A DNA stretch of 63,599 bases, the filler included, from Anaerolineae bacterium (GTDB lineage Bacteria; Chloroflexota; Anaerolineae; Epilineales; Epilineaceae), in the NCBI GenBank assembly GCA_029262755.1. It is 7 parts of 7 records of this genome, joined end to end, with 100 filler letters (N's around TTAATTAATTAA, not from the genome) between each part and the next. Parts side by side here need not be neighbours in the genome. Positions count along the whole stretch, not along the records: positions 43,144 to 53,426 come from JAJCYU010000006.1; positions 53,527 to 63,599 come from JAJCYU010000007.1; 5 more parts are not named here. One strand, 5' to 3'. Below the pieces are notes generated by a model that worked only from the letters and a program-made list of their open reading frames with translations, made no database searches and was not told the origin of the DNA. Both the position numbers and the translations under genes were made by a program. Position 1 is the stretch's first letter, and each line of letters starts with the position of its first letter. Below are positions 49,982 to 59,520 of the stretch, one piece after another.

Positions 49982-50383
49982 CTACGCGGACGGAGCCCGC
50001 GTCACCAGATACGCCCCGAGCCAGGCCAGCGGGATCATCGCAACGACGTTGATCACCGCAAACCAAAGCGGATGCGGGATCATCGCCAGGTTCGAGATCG
50101 AGGCAAGCGTGAGCAGGCCGCCGACGATCAGGCCGTTCGTGGGGCTGTAGCTGCGATCCACTTTCGCGGCGACCGCGCCGGCGGCCATGGCGGCCAGGAT
50201 GTACGACGACAGGACGGAGACAAGGTTGACCAAGGGGATGTCGCCGGGATTGATGGACGCCGGATTGCGTATGTCGACGCCGGCCGGCAGGGGAAACGCC
50301 GCCATACTGCCGCCTTGTACGAGCATGATGACGGCGATCGCTGCAGTCATGCCGATCACCACCGAAAGGATCTTGCGCAACAT
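49982..50383 (-). CDS. Hypothetical four-TM membrane protein
   Basis: AAGGAGG RBS. MLRKILSVV.G start and N..MIPHP.WF motif. Confidence 0.8.
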   Translation of the reverse strand: MLRKILSVVIGMTAAIAVIMLVQGGSMAAFPLPAGVDIRNPASINPGDIPLVNLVSVLSSYILAAMAAGAVAAKVDRSYSPTNGLIVGGLLTLASISNLAMIPHPLWFAVINVVAMIPLAWLGAYLVTRAPSA

Positions 50384-50818
50384 GGTGGTCCTCCTTGCCT
50401 GGCACCGCGGACTGTAGGGATGGGGCAGCCTAGCAGCGGTTTGCCCGCACGACGATAGCCTGTCAATTGTGTGCGCTTCGATGGCTCACCGACGACGCGT
50501 GCTGGTTCCGGGCCGGTTCTACCGACTCGGGGTAGGCGTCTACCGCCCCGGGGTCGTCGGGTGCGGCCGACGCGAGATCCCGTGATCGTATTGCCTCCGC
50601 GCACACGATTCTAGGCGCGCTCACCAGAGGCTACGCATCGCAACCCAGCGGTCCTCCTACCCGGTTTAGCGAGGCCCGTGCGAGCGGCGATTGCCGTGCG
50701 CGGTGGCCGCTGGTAGCCTGACCGGCCTCCGGCTGCCGATCCTCCGGGTCGTTCGTCGGAGCGCACGAATTGCCCGCGCATTCCAACACGTCCCCGCGTT
50801 TCGAGGGCTCGTCACGCC

Positions 50819-53426
50819 ATGATCCTACATGTTGAATCACACGTCGCGCCGCTGGTGGACGCGCTCGCCGAAGTGCTTCGCGAGGCCACCACGGACGATC
50901 CCGTGGTGCCCGAAACGCTCGTCGTGCAGGGGCCCGGCATGGCTCGCTGGCTGTCGATCGAGCTGGCACGTCGGATGGGCATCGCGGCGCACCACGAAAC
51001 GATCACGCCGCGGCACATCCTCGAGCGCGCCTACTCGGCCGTGCTGGGCGAAAACGACTACATTGCCCGCCAAGCCTACGACGCCGATCGCCTGACGTGG
51101 GCTATTGCCGCCGTGCTGCCCGATTTGCTCGACGAAGCGGACATGGGGCCGCTGAAACGCTATTTCGGCGACCGCTCGGACGATCCGCGCGGATTCAAGC
51201 CGCTCCAGCTCGCCCGGCGCGCCGCGACGGCCTTCGACGACTACGCGGTGTACCGGCCGGACATGGTGCGGGCATGGGCCGAGGGCGGCTTTCAAGGGCC
51301 ACGCGGCGACGACCTGCCGCAGGGGCAACGCTGGCAGCCCGTGTTGTGGCGCGCCAAGACGGATGCGATCGGCCAAGACGAGAAGGGGCGTCCGCGTCAC
51401 GTCGCGGCCCGGCACCGTACGTTTGTGGAGGAACTCAACCGCTTCAAGCTCACCGGCCGACTCTTTCCGGACCGGCTGACCCTCTTTGGGCTCAGCTCTT
51501 TGCCGCCCACGTATGTCGAGGCCTTCTCGGCCTTGGCCGATCGCGGCGGGGTGACGGTCCACGTATTCCTACTCACGCCATCCGATCGGCTGTGGGGAGC
51601 CGCGCGTAGTCACGTCGCGCGGTCGAATCCGACGACGTTGCTGACGGCCGAGCCGCAAGCGCTGGAGACGGCACTCGCCCCGGCCCTGGCGCACCCGCTC
51701 TTGGCGTCGCAGGGACGGGTGGCGCTCGGTTTCCAGACCTTGCTTGCCGTGTACGAGAAGTACCCCGCCGGTCCGCCCAAGTCCGAATCTGCCGCCGGTT
51801 CGGAATCGACGACGGTCGCGGTCTCGACGGGGAAAATCAACCTGGACGGCGCGACGGAAGGTCATAGCGCAGACAAGGTCGGTGGCGCGGGCGACGGCCA
51901 GGACGTGGGTGATGGCGCCGGCGACGGCGATGGCGCCGGCACCGGCGATCGAGCAACCACCGTCGGCGACACGAATCCCATAGCCGCGCCCGACGCTGAC
52001 GACGCGCCCGACGCTGACGCCCCACCGTCCCTCGACCTCCCGCCCGACGCCAGCCTCCTCGCGCGCCTGCAAGCGGGGCTGCGCTCGGGCGTCGCACCCG
52101 CACCGGGCGCCGATGGACGTCGCCCGCAGCTAGCCGCCGGTGACGACTCGCTGCGCGTGCACGCCTGTCACGGGCCGATGCGCGAAGTGGAGGTTCTACG
52201 CGACCAGATTCTCGACTGGCTGTCGCGGGATCCGACGCTCGCGCCGAGCGACATCGTGGTGCTCGCTCCGCAGATCGAACGCTACGCGCCGTACATCGAG
52301 GCCGCCTTCGACGTCCCGGTCGCGATGAGGACCCACGTGCCCTTCCGTATCGCCGACCGGACTCCGGCCGCCACGGATGCCGCGGCCCTGGCTTTCGCCC
52401 GCGTGCTCGACGTGTTGCGCGGTCGGATGACGGCGCCCGAGGTGATGGACCTGCTCGATCTTGCGCCGATTCGCGCACGCTTCGGCATCCCCGCGGAGGC
52501 CGTCGACGGTCTGCGCGAGCTCGTGCGGGAATCGGGCGTGCGCTGGGGTGCGGACGGCGATCATCGGGCCGCGGCCGATCAGCCCGCGCTCGAGGACCAC
52601 ACGTGGCGCTTCGGTCTCGACCGACTGTTGCTCGGCGTCGCTTGGGCCGGCGACACCCAGACGCTGTATGCCGGGACTCTACCCATGGCACAGGTCGAGG
52701 GCGGCGTCGCGGAGCAGGTCGGGCGGCTGGCCGACCTGTGCGAGACCTTGATGCACTTCCGTGAACCGGTGGCGGGCGACCGCACGCTGGAGGAGTGGCG
52801 GACGGTACTCTCCGAATTGCTCGACGCGACGATCCAGCCGGCCTGGGATGAGGAGTGGCAGGTCGCGAACCTGCGCATCGCGCTCGACGGGATCGTGGAA
52901 CGCGCCCTGGACGCGGGCTTCCAGAGGCCCGTGGATCTCGACGTCGTCCGGACCGAGCTCGATGGCGCACGCGGGCAGGATGAGGCGGCGCGGGGCTTCA
53001 TCACGGGCGCGCTGACCTTCTGCGCTCTGGTGCCCATGCGCAGCGTTCCCTTCCGCTGCGTCGCGCTGCTCGGCCTGAGCGACGAGAGCTTTCCACGCTC
53101 CACACGACGCGCAGCCTTCGACCTGCTGAACGACCAACCGCGCGTCGGAGATCTCAACCCGCGCGAGGTGGACCGAGCCTTGATCTTGGAGGCCATCATG
53201 GCCGCCGAGGATCGCATCGCGATCACCTACGAGGGCCAAAGCGTGCGCGATAACCGCACGTTGCCGCCTTCCGTGATCGTCAGCGAGCTGCTCGACACCG
53301 CGGCGGAGCTCGTGGACCCGGCCGGCGACGCGATCGACGCTTCCGCCGCCGCTGCCGACGACGAGGAGGGCCGGGCGAGCCGCGTGCGACGCGCGCTCGT
53401 GGTCCGGCACACGCTGCAGCCCTTCA
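50819..53426 (+). CDS. recC: Exodeoxyribonuclease V subunit gamma (3' truncated)
   Basis: Motifs LVVQGPGMARWL, FDDYAVYRPD, WQPVLW, FGLSSLPP, HPLLAS.G, HACHGPMREVEVL, W.FGLDRLLLG and LVPMRSVPF. Confidence 0.93.
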
Positions 53427-53526
53427 NNNNNNNNNNNNNNNNNNNNNNNNNNNNNNNNNNNNNNNNNNNNTTAATTAATTAANNNNNNNNNNNNNNNNNN
53501 NNNNNNNNNNNNNNNNNNNNNNNNNN
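53427..53526. other. Artificial contig linker
   Basis: N44-TTAATTAATTAA-N44. Confidence 0.99.
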
Positions 53527-53527
53527 C

Positions 53528-54004
53528 GATGCCAGCCTCCTCGCGGAATGGGATCGCCTGCGCACCCTCGGTGACGAGTTCCCAAAGGCCGCGATCGCGG
53601 TGGACGTTCACACCATCGACCTTGCACAGGACGACGAGGCACGCGAGGCGCGAATCCGCGCCGAGCTACTACGTCTGGTACAGCTTCTGGCGACGGGCGA
53701 GTGGAGCGAGGCCGAGCGTGCGTTACGCGTGGATACCGGCGATCGCTGGACCGCGGAACGCCTAGCGGAGGCCCTAGCGCCGTTCCGTGAGGAACACGGG
53801 GCGATCGCCTTCGATCCGCCCTCGCGCCGTCGCGCGCACACGCGCATCCGCTCGGTCGGTCCGCGCCGTTGGCAGGTATCGCAAACGTTGTGTGCCAAGG
53901 ACGGGCCTTCCGCGTGGCACTTGCTCGGCGAGGTTGATCTGCGCGAAGGCGGCGATCCGCACGGAGCGCTGTTCCGATTGGTGGATATCTCAGACCTTGC
54001 GTAA
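53528..54004 (+). CDS. C-terminus of a DUF3516-type (DEAD/DEAH helicase-associated) protein, 5' truncated
   Basis: Open from the contig start. DASLLAEW ... W.V.Q.L...DG...W....VDL pattern. Confidence 0.65.
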   Translation, partial: DASLLAEWDRLRTLGDEFPKAAIAVDVHTIDLAQDDEAREARIRAELLRLVQLLATGEWSEAERALRVDTGDRWTAERLAEALAPFREEHGAIAFDPPSRRRAHTRIRSVGPRRWQVSQTLCAKDGPSAWHLLGEVDLREGGDPHGALFRLVDISDLA

Positions 54005-55082
54005 TCGGCGCGGCCGCAGCGCGATTCGCTCCTTGCTGATCGGTCGCCGCGCGGACCTCGCATTGCTCGCGGTCTCCCTGGTTTGGGGCGCCACCTTCGT
54101 CATGGTGCGCGACGCGGTGGCACTCGTACCGCCGCTGACCTTTTTGGCGTTACGATTTGCGCTGGCAACCTTGGTTCTCGTGCCCTACGTGCTGTGGACA
54201 CGGCGCGCTCGTAGCGAGCCTCCCGGAGAGAGCCGCGCCGCCCATTCGCGAGCCTCCGGCCGGTCGAAGCGACCCGTCGGCGACGACGTCCGACCACGTC
54301 CGGCGCGCACGATCGCGCACCTTAAAGACGGCGTGATCGTCGGCGTCTTTCTGTTCGCGGGCTATGCCTTCCAGACGGCGGGTCTCCAGTACACGACGGC
54401 CGGTCGCGCCGGGTTTATCACCGGTTTGGCTGTCCTTCTCGTGCCCTTCGTAGCCTGGCTATGGTTGCGCCGACCGCCCGCCCGTGGGGCGGTAGCCGGC
54501 GCCCTTTTTGCCGTGGCCGGGCTCGGGTTGATGATGGCGCCCGCGCTGCAATCCGAAGGCCTTGCGGCTTCGCCCACGCTGCCGGTGGCAGAAATGCTGC
54601 GCGGCGACGTGCTCGTGCTGGCCTGCGCGTTCGCCTTTGCGTTGCACATCACGGCGATCGGACGCGTCAGCGAACGGGAGGCGCAGGCCTACGATCCGGC
54701 GGCGCTGGCGATGGTTCAGATTGCCGTCACCGCGCTGTGGTGCGTGCTCGGCGCGCTCTGGTTGGAAGGCGCATTCGGGGTCTTGCGCGCAGGAATCCCG
54801 GCTTCGGTTTGGTTCGCGGCCGCCTTCACCGGCGTGCTCGCCACCGCCCTTGCCTTCGGTGTGCAGACCGCCGCCCAAGCCGCCATAACCCCAGAGCGCA
54901 CCGCGCTGATCTTCGCCACGGAACCACTCTTTGCCGCGCTCTTCGCCTGGTGGTTGGCCGGGGAGTACCTCGGCACGCTCGGCTGGGCCGGTGGTGCGTT
55001 GATCGTCGTTGGCATGGTCGTCGGTGCAACGGAGGTACCGCGCGCAGCGGCGGAAACGCACTCGGTGCCGACCGCTTCGTAG
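53997..55082 (+). CDS. EamA/DMT family transporter
   Basis: Motifs VWGATF, F.ALRF, FQTAGLQYTTAGRAGFITG and ALIFATEPLFAA. About 10 TM. Start uncertain. Confidence 0.9.
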   Translation: MRNRRGRSAIRSLLIGRRADLALLAVSLVWGATFVMVRDAVALVPPLTFLALRFALATLVLVPYVLWTRRARSEPPGESRAAHSRASGRSKRPVGDDVRPRPARTIAHLKDGVIVGVFLFAGYAFQTAGLQYTTAGRAGFITGLAVLLVPFVAWLWLRRPPARGAVAGALFAVAGLGLMMAPALQSEGLAASPTLPVAEMLRGDVLVLACAFAFALHITAIGRVSEREAQAYDPAALAMVQIAVTALWCVLGALWLEGAFGVLRAGIPASVWFAAAFTGVLATALAFGVQTAAQAAITPERTALIFATEPLFAALFAWWLAGEYLGTLGWAGGALIVVGMVVGATEVPRAAAETHSVPTAS

Positions 55083-55205
55083 ACCATCTTTGCAATCGAG
55101 GTCGGATTCGGATGCGAAAGAATCTTCGTATTCCGCGTGCCTCCGCGAACTCCGTAGCGCTCGATTGCACCCTGCTTGCCTCGTTCACGCGGTTGCGGAC
55201 ACGCT

Positions 55206-56414
55206 CTAGCGCACCTTGTCCGGGCGACGCGCGAGGTCGAGTGCCGCGGCGACAGCACGGCGCGCGGCGAGACGTGGATGGCCGCCAAAGCGCAGGCTCT
55301 TTGAACGACGGCCATCGGGTGTCACAAGCGCCAGGTGAATCGCCGGCGGCTCTTCGCCTGCCGGCGTCGTCAGCGATACCCCAAGGCCGACCGCCACGCC
55401 GCGTTCCGCGCGAAAGGCGTCCACTGCCTGTTCCAAGGCGGATGGCGATAGCGCCGCGGTCCACGTATTCGCGCCGGCGAACACGTCACCGCCTTCGGAT
55501 AGTGCCTGCACCGCCTTTCCACCGAGGCCCGCCTCGACCAGCACCACCTGCCAGCCCCGATTGGCGATGGACGCCATCGTGGCGCCTGCCAGCGTTTCCT
55601 CGTCCACCCCGTAGATCCACGCGCCGAGCCGACGACGCAACTCTGCTTCGATCGGTACAATGAGCGCATGCGCCGCGCCTACATCGCGGGCGCGGGCCGT
55701 GATGCGCACGTCGACGCTGCCCGCATGCGCGGCCAGGCCGACGCGCGGATTCTCGGCTTCCTCCAGATCCCCGATCGCCTCGTCGATCTGCGATTCGCCC
55801 GCGCCCGTGGTGCGCAGCACGCGGATCGCGAAGGCATCCGTGAGCCCGAGATGGTCGCGCAGGCGTGGGATCGCCTCCTGCGCCAGCAGGTGCTCCATTT
55901 CGCGCGGCACGCCGGGCAGGGCCACGACGAGCGCGCCGGACAACATCAACGCGAAGGCCGGTGCGGTGCCGACCGGATTCGTGATTGCGACCGCCCCCTC
56001 CGGAAGCCAAGCCTGGCGCTTATTGTTTTCGGTCGGCTCGCGGTCGAAGCGCAGAAACATGGCGCGTACTTGCTCCCACAGCTCCGGGTGGTAGCGCAGC
56101 GCCACACCCGCGGCCTCCGCCAATGCCGCGCGCGTTGGATCGTCCACGGTCGGTCCGAGGCCACCGGTCGTGATCACCGCATCCGCAGTCTGCGCCGCCT
56201 GACGCACGGCACGGGCGATCGACTTCACGTCGTCGCCGATCGAGGTGGTGCGGATGACCTCGAGCCCCGCCGCGCGCAGCGCCCTGGCAATCTTGGGCGC
56301 GTTGGTATCGATGATCTCGCCGAGCAAGATCTCGCTGCCGATCGTGACGATGTGCGCGCGCGCGGTCGCCGTGCGCGGCGCTTCAACGGGCAAGATAGCC
56401 CCCGTCGATAGCAA
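55206..56414 (-). CDS. cinA: CinA family protein (molybdopterin-binding-like N-domain, degenerate PncC domain)
   Basis: Motifs IGSEILLGEIIDTN, GDD, TGGLGPTVDD.T, NKRQA, NPVGTAP, LPGVPREM and GES.ID. Start uncertain. Confidence 0.9.
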   Translation of the reverse strand: MLSTGAILPVEAPRTATARAHIVTIGSEILLGEIIDTNAPKIARALRAAGLEVIRTTSIGDDVKSIARAVRQAAQTADAVITTGGLGPTVDDPTRAALAEAAGVALRYHPELWEQVRAMFLRFDREPTENNKRQAWLPEGAVAITNPVGTAPAFALMLSGALVVALPGVPREMEHLLAQEAIPRLRDHLGLTDAFAIRVLRTTGAGESQIDEAIGDLEEAENPRVGLAAHAGSVDVRITARARDVGAAHALIVPIEAELRRRLGAWIYGVDEETLAGATMASIANRGWQVVLVEAGLGGKAVQALSEGGDVFAGANTWTAALSPSALEQAVDAFRAERGVAVGLGVSLTTPAGEEPPAIHLALVTPDGRRSKSLRFGGHPRLAARRAVAAALDLARRPDKVR

Positions 56415-57291
56415 CCGCCTCGCCTGTCAGGAACGATGCGTCCTCACCGAGCAGCCACAGCGCGAGCCGGGCCACCTCATCCGGTCGTCCGATTCGGCCC
56501 ATGGGATGGCGGGCCACGACGGCAGGATCTACCGCGGCCACGTGCTCGGCTCCCGGCAACGCCCCGATTCCATTCGCATCGACGGTCTCCATGACCCCAA
56601 GCCGCTCGAGCATCGGCGTCGCGACGAAACCGGGGCATACGGCGTTGACACGAATTCCCTTGCGCGCCAGCTCCAACGCGCTGGAACGGACCAAGCCGAG
56701 CAAGCCGTGCTTGGACGCGGCGTATGCGGCCGCGCCAGGCGCACCGACCCGACCGAGGACCGACGATAGATGGACGATGGCGCCGCGTGTACCGTTCGTG
56801 GACGGGGGCTGGGCGAGCATGGCGCGCACCACGGCGGCGTGCACGAGGAAGGCGCCGGTGAGGTTGATCTCGATCACGCGCCGCCACGCCGCGCCGCCGA
56901 GCTCGTGGGCGAGCTTGGCATCACCCTCGACGCCTGCCGCATGGCAGACGCCATCCACGCGTCCGAATCGCGCCACGATCGCGCGCACCGCGGTTTCGAC
57001 CGCCTGCTCGTCTGTGACGTCGGCCGCCAAGAGCAGGGAGTCGCTCTCGGGTGCCTTGTCGCTTTCGGCTCGAAGCTCCGGCGCATCGGGTGCGAGACTG
57101 CGCGGCCGCTCGCCTCCGGGGGCGCGCGCTGCCGCGGCTTCGGAGCGCAGCGTGGCCACTCCCTCCGCACGATCGAGCAGCGCGAGCCGTGCACCGTCCG
57201 CCAGCGCGCGACGCGCAACGGCGCGGCCGATGCCGCCGGCCGCGCCGGTCACGAGCAAGACCGGTTCGTCACTGCGTGTTGCGATTGCCAT
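56383..57291 (-). CDS. SDR family NAD(P)-dependent oxidoreductase
   Basis: Motifs TGAAGGIG, YAASKHG, RVNAVCPG and HPMGRIG.PDEVA. Confidence 0.9.
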   Translation of the reverse strand: MAIATRSDEPVLLVTGAAGGIGRAVARRALADGARLALLDRAEGVATLRSEAAAARAPGGERPRSLAPDAPELRAESDKAPESDSLLLAADVTDEQAVETAVRAIVARFGRVDGVCHAAGVEGDAKLAHELGGAAWRRVIEINLTGAFLVHAAVVRAMLAQPPSTNGTRGAIVHLSSVLGRVGAPGAAAYAASKHGLLGLVRSSALELARKGIRVNAVCPGFVATPMLERLGVMETVDANGIGALPGAEHVAAVDPAVVARHPMGRIGRPDEVARLALWLLGEDASFLTGEAVAIDGGYLAR

Positions 57292-57481
57292 GGTGCCGGA
57301 GGCTAGCGGAGGGTCGGCTACGTGGCAACGCGGCTTGGGTCATTGTTGCGCACGGGAAGACTTCACGGCGCGACGCCCGTGCAACGCTTCGGGCCCGAGC
57401 AAGACCGGGTAGCACAATTGGAGCCCAGTCACCGTTGGATTGGGCCTTACGGCCAAGTAGCCTGCTTAGAGGAGCGCAACC

Positions 57482-57772
57482 GTGCCTACCGCCACGTGGA
57501 ACGACGTCGTGATCGCGACCGCCGATGAAGCCGATGTCGAGTTGGTCGAAGGCAACGTGTACTTCCCCTCTTCGTCGCTACGCAACGAACACTTCGTAGC
57601 GAGCGATCATACGTCTATCTGCCCTTGGAAAGGGACGGCGCATTACTATCACGTCGAGGCCGGCGGCCAACGCAATGAGAACGCGGCGTGGCACTATCCC
57701 AAGGCCAAGGATGCCGCGGCCAACATTGAGGGCTTCGTCGCGTTCTGGAAGGGTGTGCGGGTCGAGGCTTGA
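57482..57772 (+). CDS. DUF427 domain protein
   Basis: Motifs VEGNVYFP, CPWKGTAHYY, N.NAAW.Y and VAFWKGV. GAGGAG RBS. Confidence 0.92.
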   Translation: MPTATWNDVVIATADEADVELVEGNVYFPSSSLRNEHFVASDHTSICPWKGTAHYYHVEAGGQRNENAAWHYPKAKDAAANIEGFVAFWKGVRVEA

Positions 57773-58185
57773 AGGCGGCTGCGAGTCCCTTCGATGCCTG
57801 CGTGACGTTCCTGCCCGTGGCCGATCTCGACGCCAGCGACGCCTTCTACGGCGCGGCCATCGGCCTGCCGCTGGTGCTGGATCAAGGTGCTTGCCGCATC
57901 TACCGCGCCGCAACCGACGCGTATCTAGGGTTTTGCCTGCGCGGTGCGACGGCGGTCGGTCGCGATGACGAGTCCGACGCCGGCTCGCGTGTGGTGCTCA
58001 CGCTGGTTACTGAGGACGTGGAGGGCGAGTACGCGCGCCTTGCCGCCCTAGGCTTGGCTTTCGAGCAGGCGCCTGGGCGTTCCGCACAATTCGGCATCAT
58101 GCACGCCTTCCTGCGTGACCCCGACGGGTATCTGGTGGAGATCCAACGATTTGAGGATCCCAGCTGGTCTCGCCCGCCCGGCTGA
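57769..58185 (+). CDS. VOC/glyoxalase family protein
   Basis: Motifs FL.VADL.AS.AFY and FLRDPDGYLVEIQ. Coupled to the upstream stop. Confidence 0.88.
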   Translation: MKAAASPFDACVTFLPVADLDASDAFYGAAIGLPLVLDQGACRIYRAATDAYLGFCLRGATAVGRDDESDAGSRVVLTLVTEDVEGEYARLAALGLAFEQAPGRSAQFGIMHAFLRDPDGYLVEIQRFEDPSWSRPPG

Positions 58186-58313
58186 TGGTGCGCAGGCACG
58201 CTGCGCGGTTTGAACAGCGGCGTCCGGACATTCCGTCCCTGCGATGACAGCGCCACGCCTAGCCGACGGCGGCACCGTCACCGATGATGTCGACGCAGCG
58301 ATTCATTCCAGCG

Positions 58314-59249
58314 CTAGGCTGCGGGTCGTTCCGGGTCCGGGTGCCAGAGCCGTTCGGCCAGGGGAGGAGGCCAGCGCGCCGGGTGGTCGGAGCGCAGGAG
58401 TCGTCCGCGCCGCAAGGCGTGGTTGCGAACGTCCTCTGCCATGGCGTCCAGATGTTCCCAGAATGTCGAGATTTGCGAACCGTAACAGGCGATGGCCCGG
58501 ACTTTCGCGTCGACGTTCTCTGCGGCAAGGGACTCGACGACGGGTAGCAGACCGGAACCATCGACGACGGCGCGCAGCGCGTCCTCGTCCCCCGCATAGG
58601 GCCAGTCCTCGTAGTAGCGCAGCCCCTGCCTCCGCCCGCGCCACGCTTCCGCCGCGGCCCGAACGAGCCGGTGATCGACATGGCCGCCCACCGCGAGCGG
58701 AGCCACGACCTCCGTGTCGCGGCCGATTCCCGGCAGCGCAGCAAGGGTCGCGGTGAGCGAGCGAAACAGCTCGTGCTCGAGCTCATCTACGGGCCCGAAT
58801 AGAGAGTCCGGGTCGGCGTACGGCCATCGGCCGCCCGGGACAGATCGATAGATCGCGTCCGGAATCTCAAGCCAACGTCCGTCGACGCCCAATGCGGCAA
58901 GCGCTGCCTCGTCCTCCGTGCGCCGCGTCGCGGTCATCGCCGCGGCTGCGCTGCGCTCGCCACCGACCCCTGCGCCCCATCGACGATGGTGCGCTGCGGC
59001 GAAGGCGGAGAGCGCGCCGGGAGGCGGAGCCGCACACACCGTTACGACCAGCACGCCGAGACCCGTGGCCGCGCGTCGGTGGAGTAGCCCGCCCAGCGAG
59101 AGCGCGGCATCGTCGAAATGCGGAGACAAGCATACGGTGTGCCAGGCGACGCCTGCCGGCGCAGAACGATCGAACCTAGGCCGCGTGTCCGGCTGGGGAC
59201 GCGACCGAGCCGCATAGGGCGTATTCACGCGCAACGCCGCGTGTTGCAA
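58314..59249 (-). CDS. PIG-L family deacetylase
   Basis: Motifs SPHFDD, RRTED, GHVDH, YYEDWPY and K..AI.CY.SQ. Start uncertain. Confidence 0.88.
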   Translation of the reverse strand: MQHAALRVNTPYAARSRPQPDTRPRFDRSAPAGVAWHTVCLSPHFDDAALSLGGLLHRRAATGLGVLVVTVCAAPPPGALSAFAAAHHRRWGAGVGGERSAAAAMTATRRTEDEAALAALGVDGRWLEIPDAIYRSVPGGRWPYADPDSLFGPVDELEHELFRSLTATLAALPGIGRDTEVVAPLAVGGHVDHRLVRAAAEAWRGRRQGLRYYEDWPYAGDEDALRAVVDGSGLLPVVESLAAENVDAKVRAIACYGSQISTFWEHLDAMAEDVRNHALRRGRLLRSDHPARWPPPLAERLWHPDPERPAA

Positions 59250-59520
59250 TGCGCGTAGCCGCGCGATTCTGGAAGCGGTCGTTCATTGAGGCGCGAGGGG
59301 ATCACCCGCGGTCTCCAGGGCTCTTGCAGGCGTGAGCAACGGTTCTTGGAATGCTGGGAGCCCAGGATACAGGGGCATCGTCAAGGGGCCAGTTCGGCGC
59401 TCGCTCATCGCCCTCTTTCGATGGACCCATGCCGGCGACGGTATACTGCGCGGCATGATCATTCCGAATCTGTCCTCCTGTTTCGACTTGCCCCACCGGC
59501 CGCGATCGCCGCGCTCCTTC

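Noticed and set aside
15542..53526. Six identical TTAATTAATTAA palindromes flanked by N runs
   Set aside because: They are artificial contig-joining linkers. Adjacency across them, such as recC next to the DUF3516 helicase fragment, is meaningless.
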